Made by a program: the position numbers and the translations under genes
Notes under the pieces: model-generated
Told to the model about the DNA's origin: nothing
The model's database searches: none
What the model saw: the letters and a program-made list of their open reading frames with translations, nothing else
Source of the DNA: an uncultured Methanosarcinales archaeon
Lineage (GTDB): Archaea; Nanobdellota; Nanobdellia; Woesearchaeales; CAXGTL01
Direction: 5' to 3'
Assembly (NCBI GenBank): GCA_964645705.1
Contig: CAZYAB010000003.1
Coordinates: 70,068 to 134,067 of the forward strand
Length of the DNA: 64,000 bases
Part shown: piece after piece, positions 1-7,970 of the stretch
How positions within the stretch are numbered: the first letter of the stretch is position 1
How the letters are laid out: each line of letters begins with the position of its first letter

Positions 1-99
1 TTTTGAATCTATTATCTGGCTCAAGTACCATAGATCATCCATGTTTTCTATTTTTATTTTTAATATTCCTTTTTTCAGGTTTTTGTGGATTATTTTCAT
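1..99 (-). CDS. Pelota/Dom34-like mRNA surveillance factor, first 33 codons only (gene runs off the left edge)
   Basis: A minus-strand ATG at 97-99 opens a frame reaching base 1: MKIIHKNLKKGILKIKIENMDDLWYLSQIIDSK. The DDLWxLxxII N-terminal pattern matches my recollection of archaeal Pelota. It is too short for the 60-aa ORF track. Confidence 0.5.
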   Translation of the reverse strand, partial: MKIIHKNLKKGILKIKIENMDDLWYLSQIIDSK

Positions 100-108
100 T
101 TTATTTAG

Positions 109-153
109 CCCACCAAGCCTTTCCCCCGGCCACCCGCCCTTGTTATGGTGGGG
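109..153 (+). repeat. C-rich intergenic repeat, copy E1
   Basis: CCCACCAAGCCTTTCCCCCGGCCACCCGCCCTTGTTATGGTGGGG. Four C3+ tracts with loops of 11, 5 and 1 nt. CCCACCA (109-115) and TGGTGGG (146-152) can close a 7-bp stem. It lies 10 nt upstream of the Pelota ATG. Confidence 0.7.
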
Positions 154-291
154 ATCATATAATTAAGGGACAGACTATCTCTATATATAAAAAAGGATAA
201 CATTTATATATAAATCTATTTATAATGAATTATGTAGACAAGGGTCTAGCATATATATAGTTATTTAAAAAAAGAAACAGGTGGTATTAAA

Positions 292-1998
292 ATGTTAAGA
301 AAAAAATTTTCAAAAAAATCTCAAGAAGCAGGTGGAGGAAGTGCAGCTGTGTTTGTTGCTGTTATTGCTTTTATGATTATTCTATATATTTTGTTCTTGC
401 CTCCAGATGAAAGAGCACAAATATTGGGTGGAGACGGCAGTAGTTCTAGTGATGATTATGTTCCTGATTATGATGATATAGATGAAGATGATGATGATGC
501 AGATGAAGATGAGGATATATTGTTATTGGAAAATCCAGGTATGCTAAGCGTGCATGGTGATGATAGGATTTATCATTTTATTCAAAAAGTAAGGCTTTTT
601 GATGAATGGTCTGGGACTGTTTTAGAAGAACACAGGGCAGTGTCTGTGAAAAGAAGCTTGTTTGATAATGAACCAGAATTATTGATCTTAAGATTAGATG
701 ATTTTGAGAATACAAAAAGTCTTTTGATTGATTTTGTTATTAAAAAATCTGTAGGTGATCTAATGATTAAGTTTAATGAAGAAGCTGTTTTTGATGGTTA
801 TCTTACAGAAGGAACTATTGAGCCAATATCTATTAGAAATGATTTATTAAAAAAGAATAATCTTATTGAGTTCATTGTTTCATCACCTGGGCTAAGATTT
901 TGGAGAACAAATCAATATTATTTGGAAAATATTAAAGCGATTGGAACTATAAGAGATGTTTCACACATGATTACTAAGGAAAAATTCTTTATATCAGATG
1001 ACGAGTATGATTCTGCTGAAAAGATAGAGCTCAAGTATTATCCTTATTGTGATTCTAAGAAAATAGGACCACTAACAATAAAAGTAAATGATCAAGAAAT
1101 TTATTCTGGAACACCTTATTGTAATGCTGAAAGAACTGTTGAGTTTGGACCAGAGATAATTAATAAAGGAGACAATAATATTGAGTTCTCAACAACAAAA
1201 GGTAGTTATGAAATAAATAAAATTACAATAGAAGCAGAAGTAGACAAAAAAGAAGATTATTCATATTACTTTGACTTGGATGAAGACTATTTTATGGAAG
1301 TTGCAGAAGGAAGGTGCGGTGATGTTGATGATATTTGTCCTGCAGGTTGTTCAGAAGACGAAGACATAGATTGCTGCTTTGGAGCAGGTTCTGATAATTA
1401 TTGGTGTGACCTTGAACCAAGCAATGTCGACAATAGATGTGTTACAGATGTTGAAGATAATGAATGCGGATTGTGTTTAACAGGGTATGAAGATGAGTAT
1501 GGTTATCCTCATGATTCTTGTGAAGGATTGTGTGGTGATGATACTGATGATTTGTGTCATTCTGGCTGTAATAAGAATTATGATAAGGATTGTTGTTATG
1601 TAGATGATTCTGATAATTATTGGTGTGATTATGTGCCGGATGCTGGTTTAAGCAGTGTATGTGAAGATTCAATATCTTCTGGCGAGTGTGATGACTGTCT
1701 TACAAATTACAAGAATGAAAATAAAGACATTCCAATTATATGTGACAGGTATCCGTCAGGAAAATATAAACTAAAGAAAGGATATAAAGTTTTGTTAGAC
1801 TTTAAATTCTTAGACGATGATAAGGAAAAGAAATTTGAATTAAACATCAATGGAAGAAAAGATATGATAAGAACTGATGATGACACAGAATCAAAAGATA
1901 TATCTTCAAAAGTAAGAAGAAATTATAATTCATTGCTTATCAAGCCAGAAAAATCATTTGAAATTGCAGAAATAAAAGTAACTTTGGAGAAAAATTGA
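292..1998 (+). CDS. Membrane-anchored acidic, Cys-rich surface protein (function unknown)
   Basis: 568-aa ORF with AGGTGGT 8 nt upstream of the ATG. It has an N-terminal TM helix (AAVFVAVIAFMIILYILFL) and a poly-Asp/Glu stretch. Two tandem ~70-aa Cys-rich modules follow (CGDxxDDxC..GC..D.DCC...SDNYWCD...EC..CLT.Y). Confidence 0.8.
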   Translation: MLRKKFSKKSQEAGGGSAAVFVAVIAFMIILYILFLPPDERAQILGGDGSSSSDDYVPDYDDIDEDDDDADEDEDILLLENPGMLSVHGDDRIYHFIQKVRLFDEWSGTVLEEHRAVSVKRSLFDNEPELLILRLDDFENTKSLLIDFVIKKSVGDLMIKFNEEAVFDGYLTEGTIEPISIRNDLLKKNNLIEFIVSSPGLRFWRTNQYYLENIKAIGTIRDVSHMITKEKFFISDDEYDSAEKIELKYYPYCDSKKIGPLTIKVNDQEIYSGTPYCNAERTVEFGPEIINKGDNNIEFSTTKGSYEINKITIEAEVDKKEDYSYYFDLDEDYFMEVAEGRCGDVDDICPAGCSEDEDIDCCFGAGSDNYWCDLEPSNVDNRCVTDVEDNECGLCLTGYEDEYGYPHDSCEGLCGDDTDDLCHSGCNKNYDKDCCYVDDSDNYWCDYVPDAGLSSVCEDSISSGECDDCLTNYKNENKDIPIICDRYPSGKYKLKKGYKVLLDFKFLDDDKEKKFELNINGRKDMIRTDDDTESKDISSKVRRNYNSLLIKPEKSFEIAEIKVTLEKN

Positions 1999-2019
1999 TT
2001 TTTTTATTTTTTTATTTTG
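1999..2019 (+). terminator. Oligo-T tract directly after the stop codon (archaeal-type terminator candidate)
   Basis: TTTTTTTATTTTTTTATTTTG starts immediately after the TGA at 1996-1998. Confidence 0.35.
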
Positions 2020-2079
2020 CATGTTTTAAAAAAAGAGGAGTGGTTGAATGAAAACATTAAAATTTAACAGGGTGGAAAA

Positions 2080-5000
2080 TTGGTCTGGCCTGCTTTAGCT
2101 CTTAAGTTAATGAAAGACAAGATTAAAGATGTTTATGATAAATTAAAGAGTGAAGAAACTAATAAGAAAACTAAAAAATTATTTGTAGGACCTTCTAGTT
2201 CTGATCCTAGTTTTGAAAAGATGTCTGTATTTAAAGGTCCAAGTGTTATATTTTGGATTATTTTTGCAATGCTTGCTATTGCTGCTTATCTGCAAAGAGA
2301 AAATTTATATATTGGAATAATTGTGATGGTTGTTTTATTTTCAATGTTGATGTATAAACCAAGACTTCTTCATTTTATAGAAGTTCAAGTATTCGGTGTA
2401 GAGGGAGAAGAGCCACCTTTTTTAAAAATTATTAAGTTTATTATCATAGGATTGTTTATTTGGATAGGATTTTGGACAGGAAGCATCTTCTCTCTTGCAA
2501 TCATTATCTTGGTTTTCCTGGTTTTTGAATTATTTGCTCCGCTTATTAGAGATGGATATTTAAAATTAGAAGATATTGCACAAAGAAAAAGAGAAGCAGT
2601 CGGTTTATCAGGAAGTGGATGGGGGAGAAAATTGTTATTTTCTTTTCTTTTTCAAGCAGCTGTTACTGCATTTACTTTTTGGATGCCTGCATTTAATATT
2701 GTTTCTAGGATAGTAATAGGAATTGTAAGCGGATTCTTTTTAGGAGGCTTTGGATTATTAGCAGGAATATCTTCTTTAATATTATTGTACTTAGGTTTTC
2801 CTTACATGTATATTCCCTGTTTCTTAATTTTTGGTTTGATCTCAATATTTACAAAAGGTAGTACTAGATCATTAACACCTTTAGAAAGAAATGTTGCATC
2901 ATCGATCGCTAATGTAGGCGGAAGAGTGTTTTTTGTTATTTTTATCTCATTATTATTAATATTCTTGCCTGTTGCAGGATGGGCTTATTATGAAGAAGGA
3001 ACAATTGCAAATCTTCCTGCGTTTATATTTGTAAAAGGTCAGGAAACAGCAGAATACATTGATGTTGCTGAACTTGAAGCAGCTGATATTTGGAATAAAA
3101 CAATTACAGGGTTTCAATCTTGGATGGCAAAACAACTCAAGATTGCGACAGGTGGTTATTATGTTAGCAAGGTTGATAAATATTCAAAAGGAAAGTTAGG
3201 AGTTTTTATTAAGAAAGCAACGTCATATGAAAAAAAGTTTTATTTAGATGATACTGAAAGAAAAGCCATAATTGGAATAGACATTCAGGGCGGTTCTCTT
3301 GAGATGGATGATTGTGAAAATTATCCTAAAGAAAATCAATTATCTATCAAAAAACAAGAAAGAACTGAAGAATCTGGTCATAGGAATTTATTTGAAGAGC
3401 TCACGCAGAGCACTAACCTAAATAAAAATGAATTAAAAATAATTGAATCTGTTTTTAAATATTGGGTATCTGGAGAACCTGTAAATCTCGATCTTGATTT
3501 AACAGACTGGGATGGTAAGGATGAAGAACAGGAACCATTGTCGGCGCCTAGTGGATCTCCTAGAACTACATATAAAAGTTATACAAGTGGTAATTATGCA
3601 ACTTATGAACAATGTATAGAACAACAAACAATAAGTTTATCATGCGATATAAAACATAAAGAATATGAAGTAATAGGCGATGTTGACCCGCCGATTGTTT
3701 CTATGTTTGATATATCTGGTGGTGGTGAAGGTTTTGAATGTTATCTTGATAAAAACGGACTTAATAGGGATAGGAATAGTGATTCTGTTAATATAAAAGC
3801 AAGTTTTCCTTTTTCAACAAGAGCATACCTTAAGACTTATCTAATGGATGAACAAAAGAAACATGATCTGAAAAGGTCTAATCAGGATATATTGAGATTT
3901 TATGGTATAACTGATAAAAATCCTAGACCTGTTTATACTTCTGGCCCAATCATGATTGGAATAGAAACACCACAATATCTGCCATTGTCAGTTGCAGTTG
4001 ATGATGAAAAAACAACAAGAATGGGGATAACGCTTGAAAACTTATGGGATGGTGTGATTAAAAAAATATATGGTTTATACATAATCGTTCCAAAAGGCAT
4101 TAATGTAAGATGCAACCCGCCTCTGATTGATAATCCTGTTAATCTTGATGATTCTTTTGCTTATTCAATGAATAGTTCTTATCTAAAAAGAGATTTTAAT
4201 GTTGAAGATGTAAAAACATTTTATTGTAGAATTTCTCCTACTTATGAAGTTTTAGATCCAACACCTATAACTACTAAATATATAAAAGTTGTTGCAGAGT
4301 ATGAGTATGAGATAAGTAAAAAAGCTTACATTACTTATAAGAAAGGAGATGGATTAGAAGGAGAGTTATATAATTGTACTGATGTTTGTGATGATGATGA
4401 TGGATGTTTTTGCATGGCAAATTGTAAAAATGTTAAAGCTGATGAAGGAGAAAATTGTGATGCACAAACAAGAGAAGAATTAGAAAAGTTAAGAGAACAA
4501 GATGAGATTGCTTCACAATCATCTGAATGTGGACATGTTACTAATTGTAATCAATATACTTTAGAAGATCTTTGTATGAGAGACGTTTGCCAAATAAGTG
4601 GAAAATGTTTTCCAAAATATGAATTAATATCTATAGGTGAATTATTTGGACATCCTGCTTTTAATTATTGTGAAAATTGTATTGGTAAATCATGCAGTGA
4701 TTATCATGAAAAAATATGTAACCAAGATCCTTGTGATTTTGGTTGTGGATGGGAAGTTGACGAATGTATAAGAACAGAGGGTCAGGATCCTGATCAATAT
4801 ACTGTTGGTGGTTTATCAAGTTATATATTTGATTCTGCAATATGCGACAGAGTAGATGAATGTTTTGATTATGTTGATGAAGGCATGGCTTCTTGTTCAT
4901 ATGATTATTGCGGTTTAAATTGTTATCCTGTTTATGCTGGAAACACATTTACTAATTGTAAAAGTTGTAGTTCTTTCCCTGTTCCTAATTGCAATTTTTA

Positions 5001-5586
5001 TCCAAACAGAGTTAGTTGTGAAAAGAATTTGTGCAGATTAACTGCTTGTGAATGGGAAGATGGCGAGTGTCAAGAAAAATTTACTGGTTTATCATCTGGT
5101 TCAGGTTCTTCTGGGCATTCTTTATTAGATTATAATTTGTTTTGTCCTAAAAAATATTATACGAGTTCATTAAGAATTGAAAATATTAAATCTTATTTAC
5201 CTTTGTTGCCTAAGTATTATGATTATATTAAATCAGCTGCACTGGCTTATAATGTTCCGCCTTCATTAATTGCAGGAGTTATAACACAAGAAAGCAGTTT
5301 TGGAAAGAATATTGGTGATGATGGTATCACAGGATGTAAAGTAGGTAATCAAGGTGACAGAGAGGAGATTATTTGTGCAGCAAGAACATTAAGAAATGGT
5401 TATGAAGGAAAGATCCACGATATTTATGATGATTGTTTAACAAAAACAACTGAACCGCAAAGATGGATCTGTGTGTTAGGGCATTATAATGCGGGTAAGA
5501 TAGGTAACCAAGCATATGCATCAAAAGTGTGGAGATTTAATCTTGAATGGAATAAGTATTTTTGTGAACAATATTTTACTCAATGA
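2080..5586 (+). CDS. Giant polytopic membrane/surface protein with a C-terminal lytic transglycosylase (SLT/goose-lysozyme-like) domain
   Basis: 1168-aa ORF; the track start is TTG at 2080 and the first in-frame ATG is at 2110. The N-terminal ~300 aa contain many hydrophobic helices. The centre shares motifs with the three downstream lipoproteins. A Cys-rich block lies at ~4375-5075, followed by a GLSSGSGSSG linker. The C-terminus reads YNVPPSLIAGVITQESSFG...GHYNAG...YASKV, which matches the SLT catalytic E-S and AYNAG motifs. Confidence 0.85.
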   Translation: MVWPALALKLMKDKIKDVYDKLKSEETNKKTKKLFVGPSSSDPSFEKMSVFKGPSVIFWIIFAMLAIAAYLQRENLYIGIIVMVVLFSMLMYKPRLLHFIEVQVFGVEGEEPPFLKIIKFIIIGLFIWIGFWTGSIFSLAIIILVFLVFELFAPLIRDGYLKLEDIAQRKREAVGLSGSGWGRKLLFSFLFQAAVTAFTFWMPAFNIVSRIVIGIVSGFFLGGFGLLAGISSLILLYLGFPYMYIPCFLIFGLISIFTKGSTRSLTPLERNVASSIANVGGRVFFVIFISLLLIFLPVAGWAYYEEGTIANLPAFIFVKGQETAEYIDVAELEAADIWNKTITGFQSWMAKQLKIATGGYYVSKVDKYSKGKLGVFIKKATSYEKKFYLDDTERKAIIGIDIQGGSLEMDDCENYPKENQLSIKKQERTEESGHRNLFEELTQSTNLNKNELKIIESVFKYWVSGEPVNLDLDLTDWDGKDEEQEPLSAPSGSPRTTYKSYTSGNYATYEQCIEQQTISLSCDIKHKEYEVIGDVDPPIVSMFDISGGGEGFECYLDKNGLNRDRNSDSVNIKASFPFSTRAYLKTYLMDEQKKHDLKRSNQDILRFYGITDKNPRPVYTSGPIMIGIETPQYLPLSVAVDDEKTTRMGITLENLWDGVIKKIYGLYIIVPKGINVRCNPPLIDNPVNLDDSFAYSMNSSYLKRDFNVEDVKTFYCRISPTYEVLDPTPITTKYIKVVAEYEYEISKKAYITYKKGDGLEGELYNCTDVCDDDDGCFCMANCKNVKADEGENCDAQTREELEKLREQDEIASQSSECGHVTNCNQYTLEDLCMRDVCQISGKCFPKYELISIGELFGHPAFNYCENCIGKSCSDYHEKICNQDPCDFGCGWEVDECIRTEGQDPDQYTVGGLSSYIFDSAICDRVDECFDYVDEGMASCSYDYCGLNCYPVYAGNTFTNCKSCSSFPVPNCNFYPNRVSCEKNLCRLTACEWEDGECQEKFTGLSSGSGSSGHSLLDYNLFCPKKYYTSSLRIENIKSYLPLLPKYYDYIKSAALAYNVPPSLIAGVITQESSFGKNIGDDGITGCKVGNQGDREEIICAARTLRNGYEGKIHDIYDDCLTKTTEPQRWICVLGHYNAGKIGNQAYASKVWRFNLEWNKYFCEQYFTQ

Positions 5587-5609
5587 ACAATTAATAAAAA
5601 TTAATAAAA

Positions 5610-6596
5610 ATGAAAACAAAAATAAAAAAAAATAGAACTGTATTTATTAATTTGTTTTTATTATTAAGTCTAGTTATTATTATATTCTCTTTAACAGGGT
5701 GCCAAGATTCTTCTTCAACTCAATTAACAGAAGAGCGTCTAAGAACAGGAACAAAAGGTCTTGTAATTAAATTTATTAAAGATAGTCCTCCAAAAATTGT
5801 TTTTGAAAATGATCCTGCTGTTTTTATTAGCCTTTCTGTTGAAAATTTAGGCGTAACAGATGTTAAAAAAGGAGTAATTGCTTTTGGAAGAGAAGAAGAT
5901 TATTTAGCATTTGATGAAATAAGATTGAATGGGGATAAAGTTAATGAGCCTGTTGTTTTTGATATAGAAGGGAAATCTCTTAACAATCCTTTTGGTGGAA
6001 AAGTGTTTTTAGAAATAGAAGCACATTCTAAAGATATTACTTTGAGCAAATATCAAGATACTTCGATACAAGTTAATACTTGTTATGATTATCAAACAAT
6101 ATTGCAAGAAGAAGTTTGCATTGATCCTATTCAAAACATGAACCAGTTAGGTTCAAGAGCATGTGTTGCAAAAAATTTAAACCCAGGTACCAGAGGAGGA
6201 CCTGTGAATGTTAAGGCAGTAGAAGTCATGTCAACAAAAATAGGGAGTAATATTGTAAGAAATGTGTTTAGAATAAAAGTTAATAATGATGGCAAGGGAA
6301 AAGTCATTACAAAAGGTATAGCAGAGCTAATGTGTTCTCATGAAAGTATTAGAGGGATTGAAGGAGTAGATTATAGAAAAGCATGGGACTTTGTTCAAAT
6401 AACTGCAAGATTAGGTAAAGAAGAAATGAGTTGTAAAAATAATGGTGTAATTAAATTAGAAAAAGGAAAAACAGGTGAAACTATTTGTGAAATCGAAACT
6501 CTTTTAAGAGAAGCTTATGTGACTCCGTTATATTTACAATTAGATTATGGCTATACTTATTCAATATATAAAAATTTTCAGATAGAGAATATATAG
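5610..6596 (+). CDS. Secreted lipobox protein, paralog 1 of 3 (unknown family)
   Basis: Signal peptide plus LTGC lipobox. Shared motifs are GTKGLVIKF..SPP, CYDYQT....VCIDP, GGPVNVKAVEV and a terminal LDYGYTYSIY. Confidence 0.85.
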   Translation: MKTKIKKNRTVFINLFLLLSLVIIIFSLTGCQDSSSTQLTEERLRTGTKGLVIKFIKDSPPKIVFENDPAVFISLSVENLGVTDVKKGVIAFGREEDYLAFDEIRLNGDKVNEPVVFDIEGKSLNNPFGGKVFLEIEAHSKDITLSKYQDTSIQVNTCYDYQTILQEEVCIDPIQNMNQLGSRACVAKNLNPGTRGGPVNVKAVEVMSTKIGSNIVRNVFRIKVNNDGKGKVITKGIAELMCSHESIRGIEGVDYRKAWDFVQITARLGKEEMSCKNNGVIKLEKGKTGETICEIETLLREAYVTPLYLQLDYGYTYSIYKNFQIENI

Positions 6597-6601
6597 GTAT
6601 T

Positions 6602-6729
6602 GTTTAGCGATACATTTATACAACAAAAGTTCAAAAAAACTTTTGAGCATAAAGGTTTTTCCAAAACCTTTATACAACAAAAATCCAAGATTTTTGAGCA
6701 TAAATGTATCGTTTAGCGATACATTTATA
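6602..6729. repeat. Nested direct/inverted repeat element (MITE-like or operator array) between lipoprotein paralogs 1 and 2
   Basis: The 19-bp direct repeat GTTTAGCGATACATTTATA occurs at 6602-6620 and 6711-6729. CGATACATTTAT (6608-6619 and 6717-6728) is the reverse complement of ATAAATGTATCG (6700-6711). Two internal units read TTTATACAACAAAA-N-TTTTGAGCATAAA (6615-6653 and 6669-6704). A central palindrome AAAGGTTTTtccAAAACCTTT lies at 6651-6671. Confidence 0.7.
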
Positions 6730-6758
6730 TATATAAAAGGAATAAAATACTATATAAA

Positions 6759-7949
6759 ATGGAAAAAAGAGCAATGATAAGATATGTTTCAGTATTCTTA
6801 ATAGTTTTTTTACTAGTTTTCTTGTCTGGATGTAAGCCAAGAGAAGGAGACATTCCTAAAAATATTCATAAAGGAACAAAAGGTTTAGAAATGAAGTTCT
6901 TGCCAAATAATCCTCCTAATGAAATAACAACCTCAACTGGAAGTGATTTTTATGTTTCAGTCGAATTACATAATGAGGGTACGTCTCCTGCAAAAGGTTA
7001 CTTGTTTTTGTCTGGCTATGATACTAATATTATAGATATGCCTGACAGTTATTGGTTCCCTGATCCTTATAATTGTGGTGGTGAATATATTATGGGCAAA
7101 TCGCAATATAATCCTACAGGAGAAATTTGTGTTGAAGAAATGAAAGGAAGATTAAACTTAAATCCTGTTGTTAATTATATTCCTCTTAAAATACCTCTGA
7201 TGGTAAAAGCTATTTATGAATATTCAACAGACACTAGTATTTCTGTTTGTGTTGATCCTAATTATCATCAGATAAGTAAAAAAGCATGTGAGATGAGACC
7301 TGTTACTGTTTCTGGTGGTCAGGGTGCACCTGTGGCTGTTACTAAAATTGTTCCAATACCAGTTGGAAATGGACTTGTTCAATTTAATATTCATGTAAAA
7401 AATGTTGGCGGCGGTAAAGTTGTTAATGTAGGTATACCACCTCATGAATTAAGACCAAGAGATTATAATAATATTCTTTATGTAATATCTGTTCCGTCGG
7501 ATATTTTTCCAACAGCATATGCAATAGAAGGAGTATCGCTTGGTTATGATGATTATAGATTTGGTTATGGTGATTATGGATATCAATTTTCAGTAGGTGG
7601 TAATTTTAATGATGCTGCTCAAGGAATGTTAAGACTTCATAATGATCAAACTGTTATTACTGAAACAGTTAATTTTGGTGATAAGGCTTTTGAATATATG
7701 ACTCCATTAAGAGTTACTTTGTTTTATGGGTATATGCAAGACATAACAAAGAATATTGTTATTAATAAAGTTCCTAATGCAGAAATGGATGATATGTATC
7801 CTAGCCATGGTTTTGGAGATTTTGGACTTTATCGTATGGGGTCAGATGGAAGAAAGTATGTTGGACATCATGAAGATAGATATGGGCATGATGTATGGCG
7901 TTATACTGATAGAGAAAAAGGAATAGACATATCATTTAAAACTACTTAA
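6759..7949 (+). CDS. Secreted lipobox protein, paralog 2 of 3 (unknown family)
   Basis: Signal peptide plus LSGC lipobox. Shared motifs are GTKGLEMKF..NPP, YEYSTDTSISVCVDP, GGQGAPVAVTKIVP and FYGYMQDITKNIVI. It has an extra Gly/Tyr/Asp-rich C-terminal tail. Confidence 0.85.
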   Translation: MEKRAMIRYVSVFLIVFLLVFLSGCKPREGDIPKNIHKGTKGLEMKFLPNNPPNEITTSTGSDFYVSVELHNEGTSPAKGYLFLSGYDTNIIDMPDSYWFPDPYNCGGEYIMGKSQYNPTGEICVEEMKGRLNLNPVVNYIPLKIPLMVKAIYEYSTDTSISVCVDPNYHQISKKACEMRPVTVSGGQGAPVAVTKIVPIPVGNGLVQFNIHVKNVGGGKVVNVGIPPHELRPRDYNNILYVISVPSDIFPTAYAIEGVSLGYDDYRFGYGDYGYQFSVGGNFNDAAQGMLRLHNDQTVITETVNFGDKAFEYMTPLRVTLFYGYMQDITKNIVINKVPNAEMDDMYPSHGFGDFGLYRMGSDGRKYVGHHEDRYGHDVWRYTDREKGIDISFKTT

Positions 7950-7970
7950 AATAAAAAAAGGTGATTAAGC

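Noticed and set aside
3-200. 65-aa plus-strand ORF at the left edge
   Set aside because: It overlaps the Pelota N-terminus on the opposite strand and runs through repeat E1. It has no start context and a hydrophobic, low-complexity translation.
6602-6729. Possible CRISPR array
   Set aside because: There are only two copies of each repeat. The repeats are AT-rich and nested or palindromic rather than regularly spaced, and there are no cas genes apart from an unrelated stand-alone Cas4-like nuclease 4 kb away.
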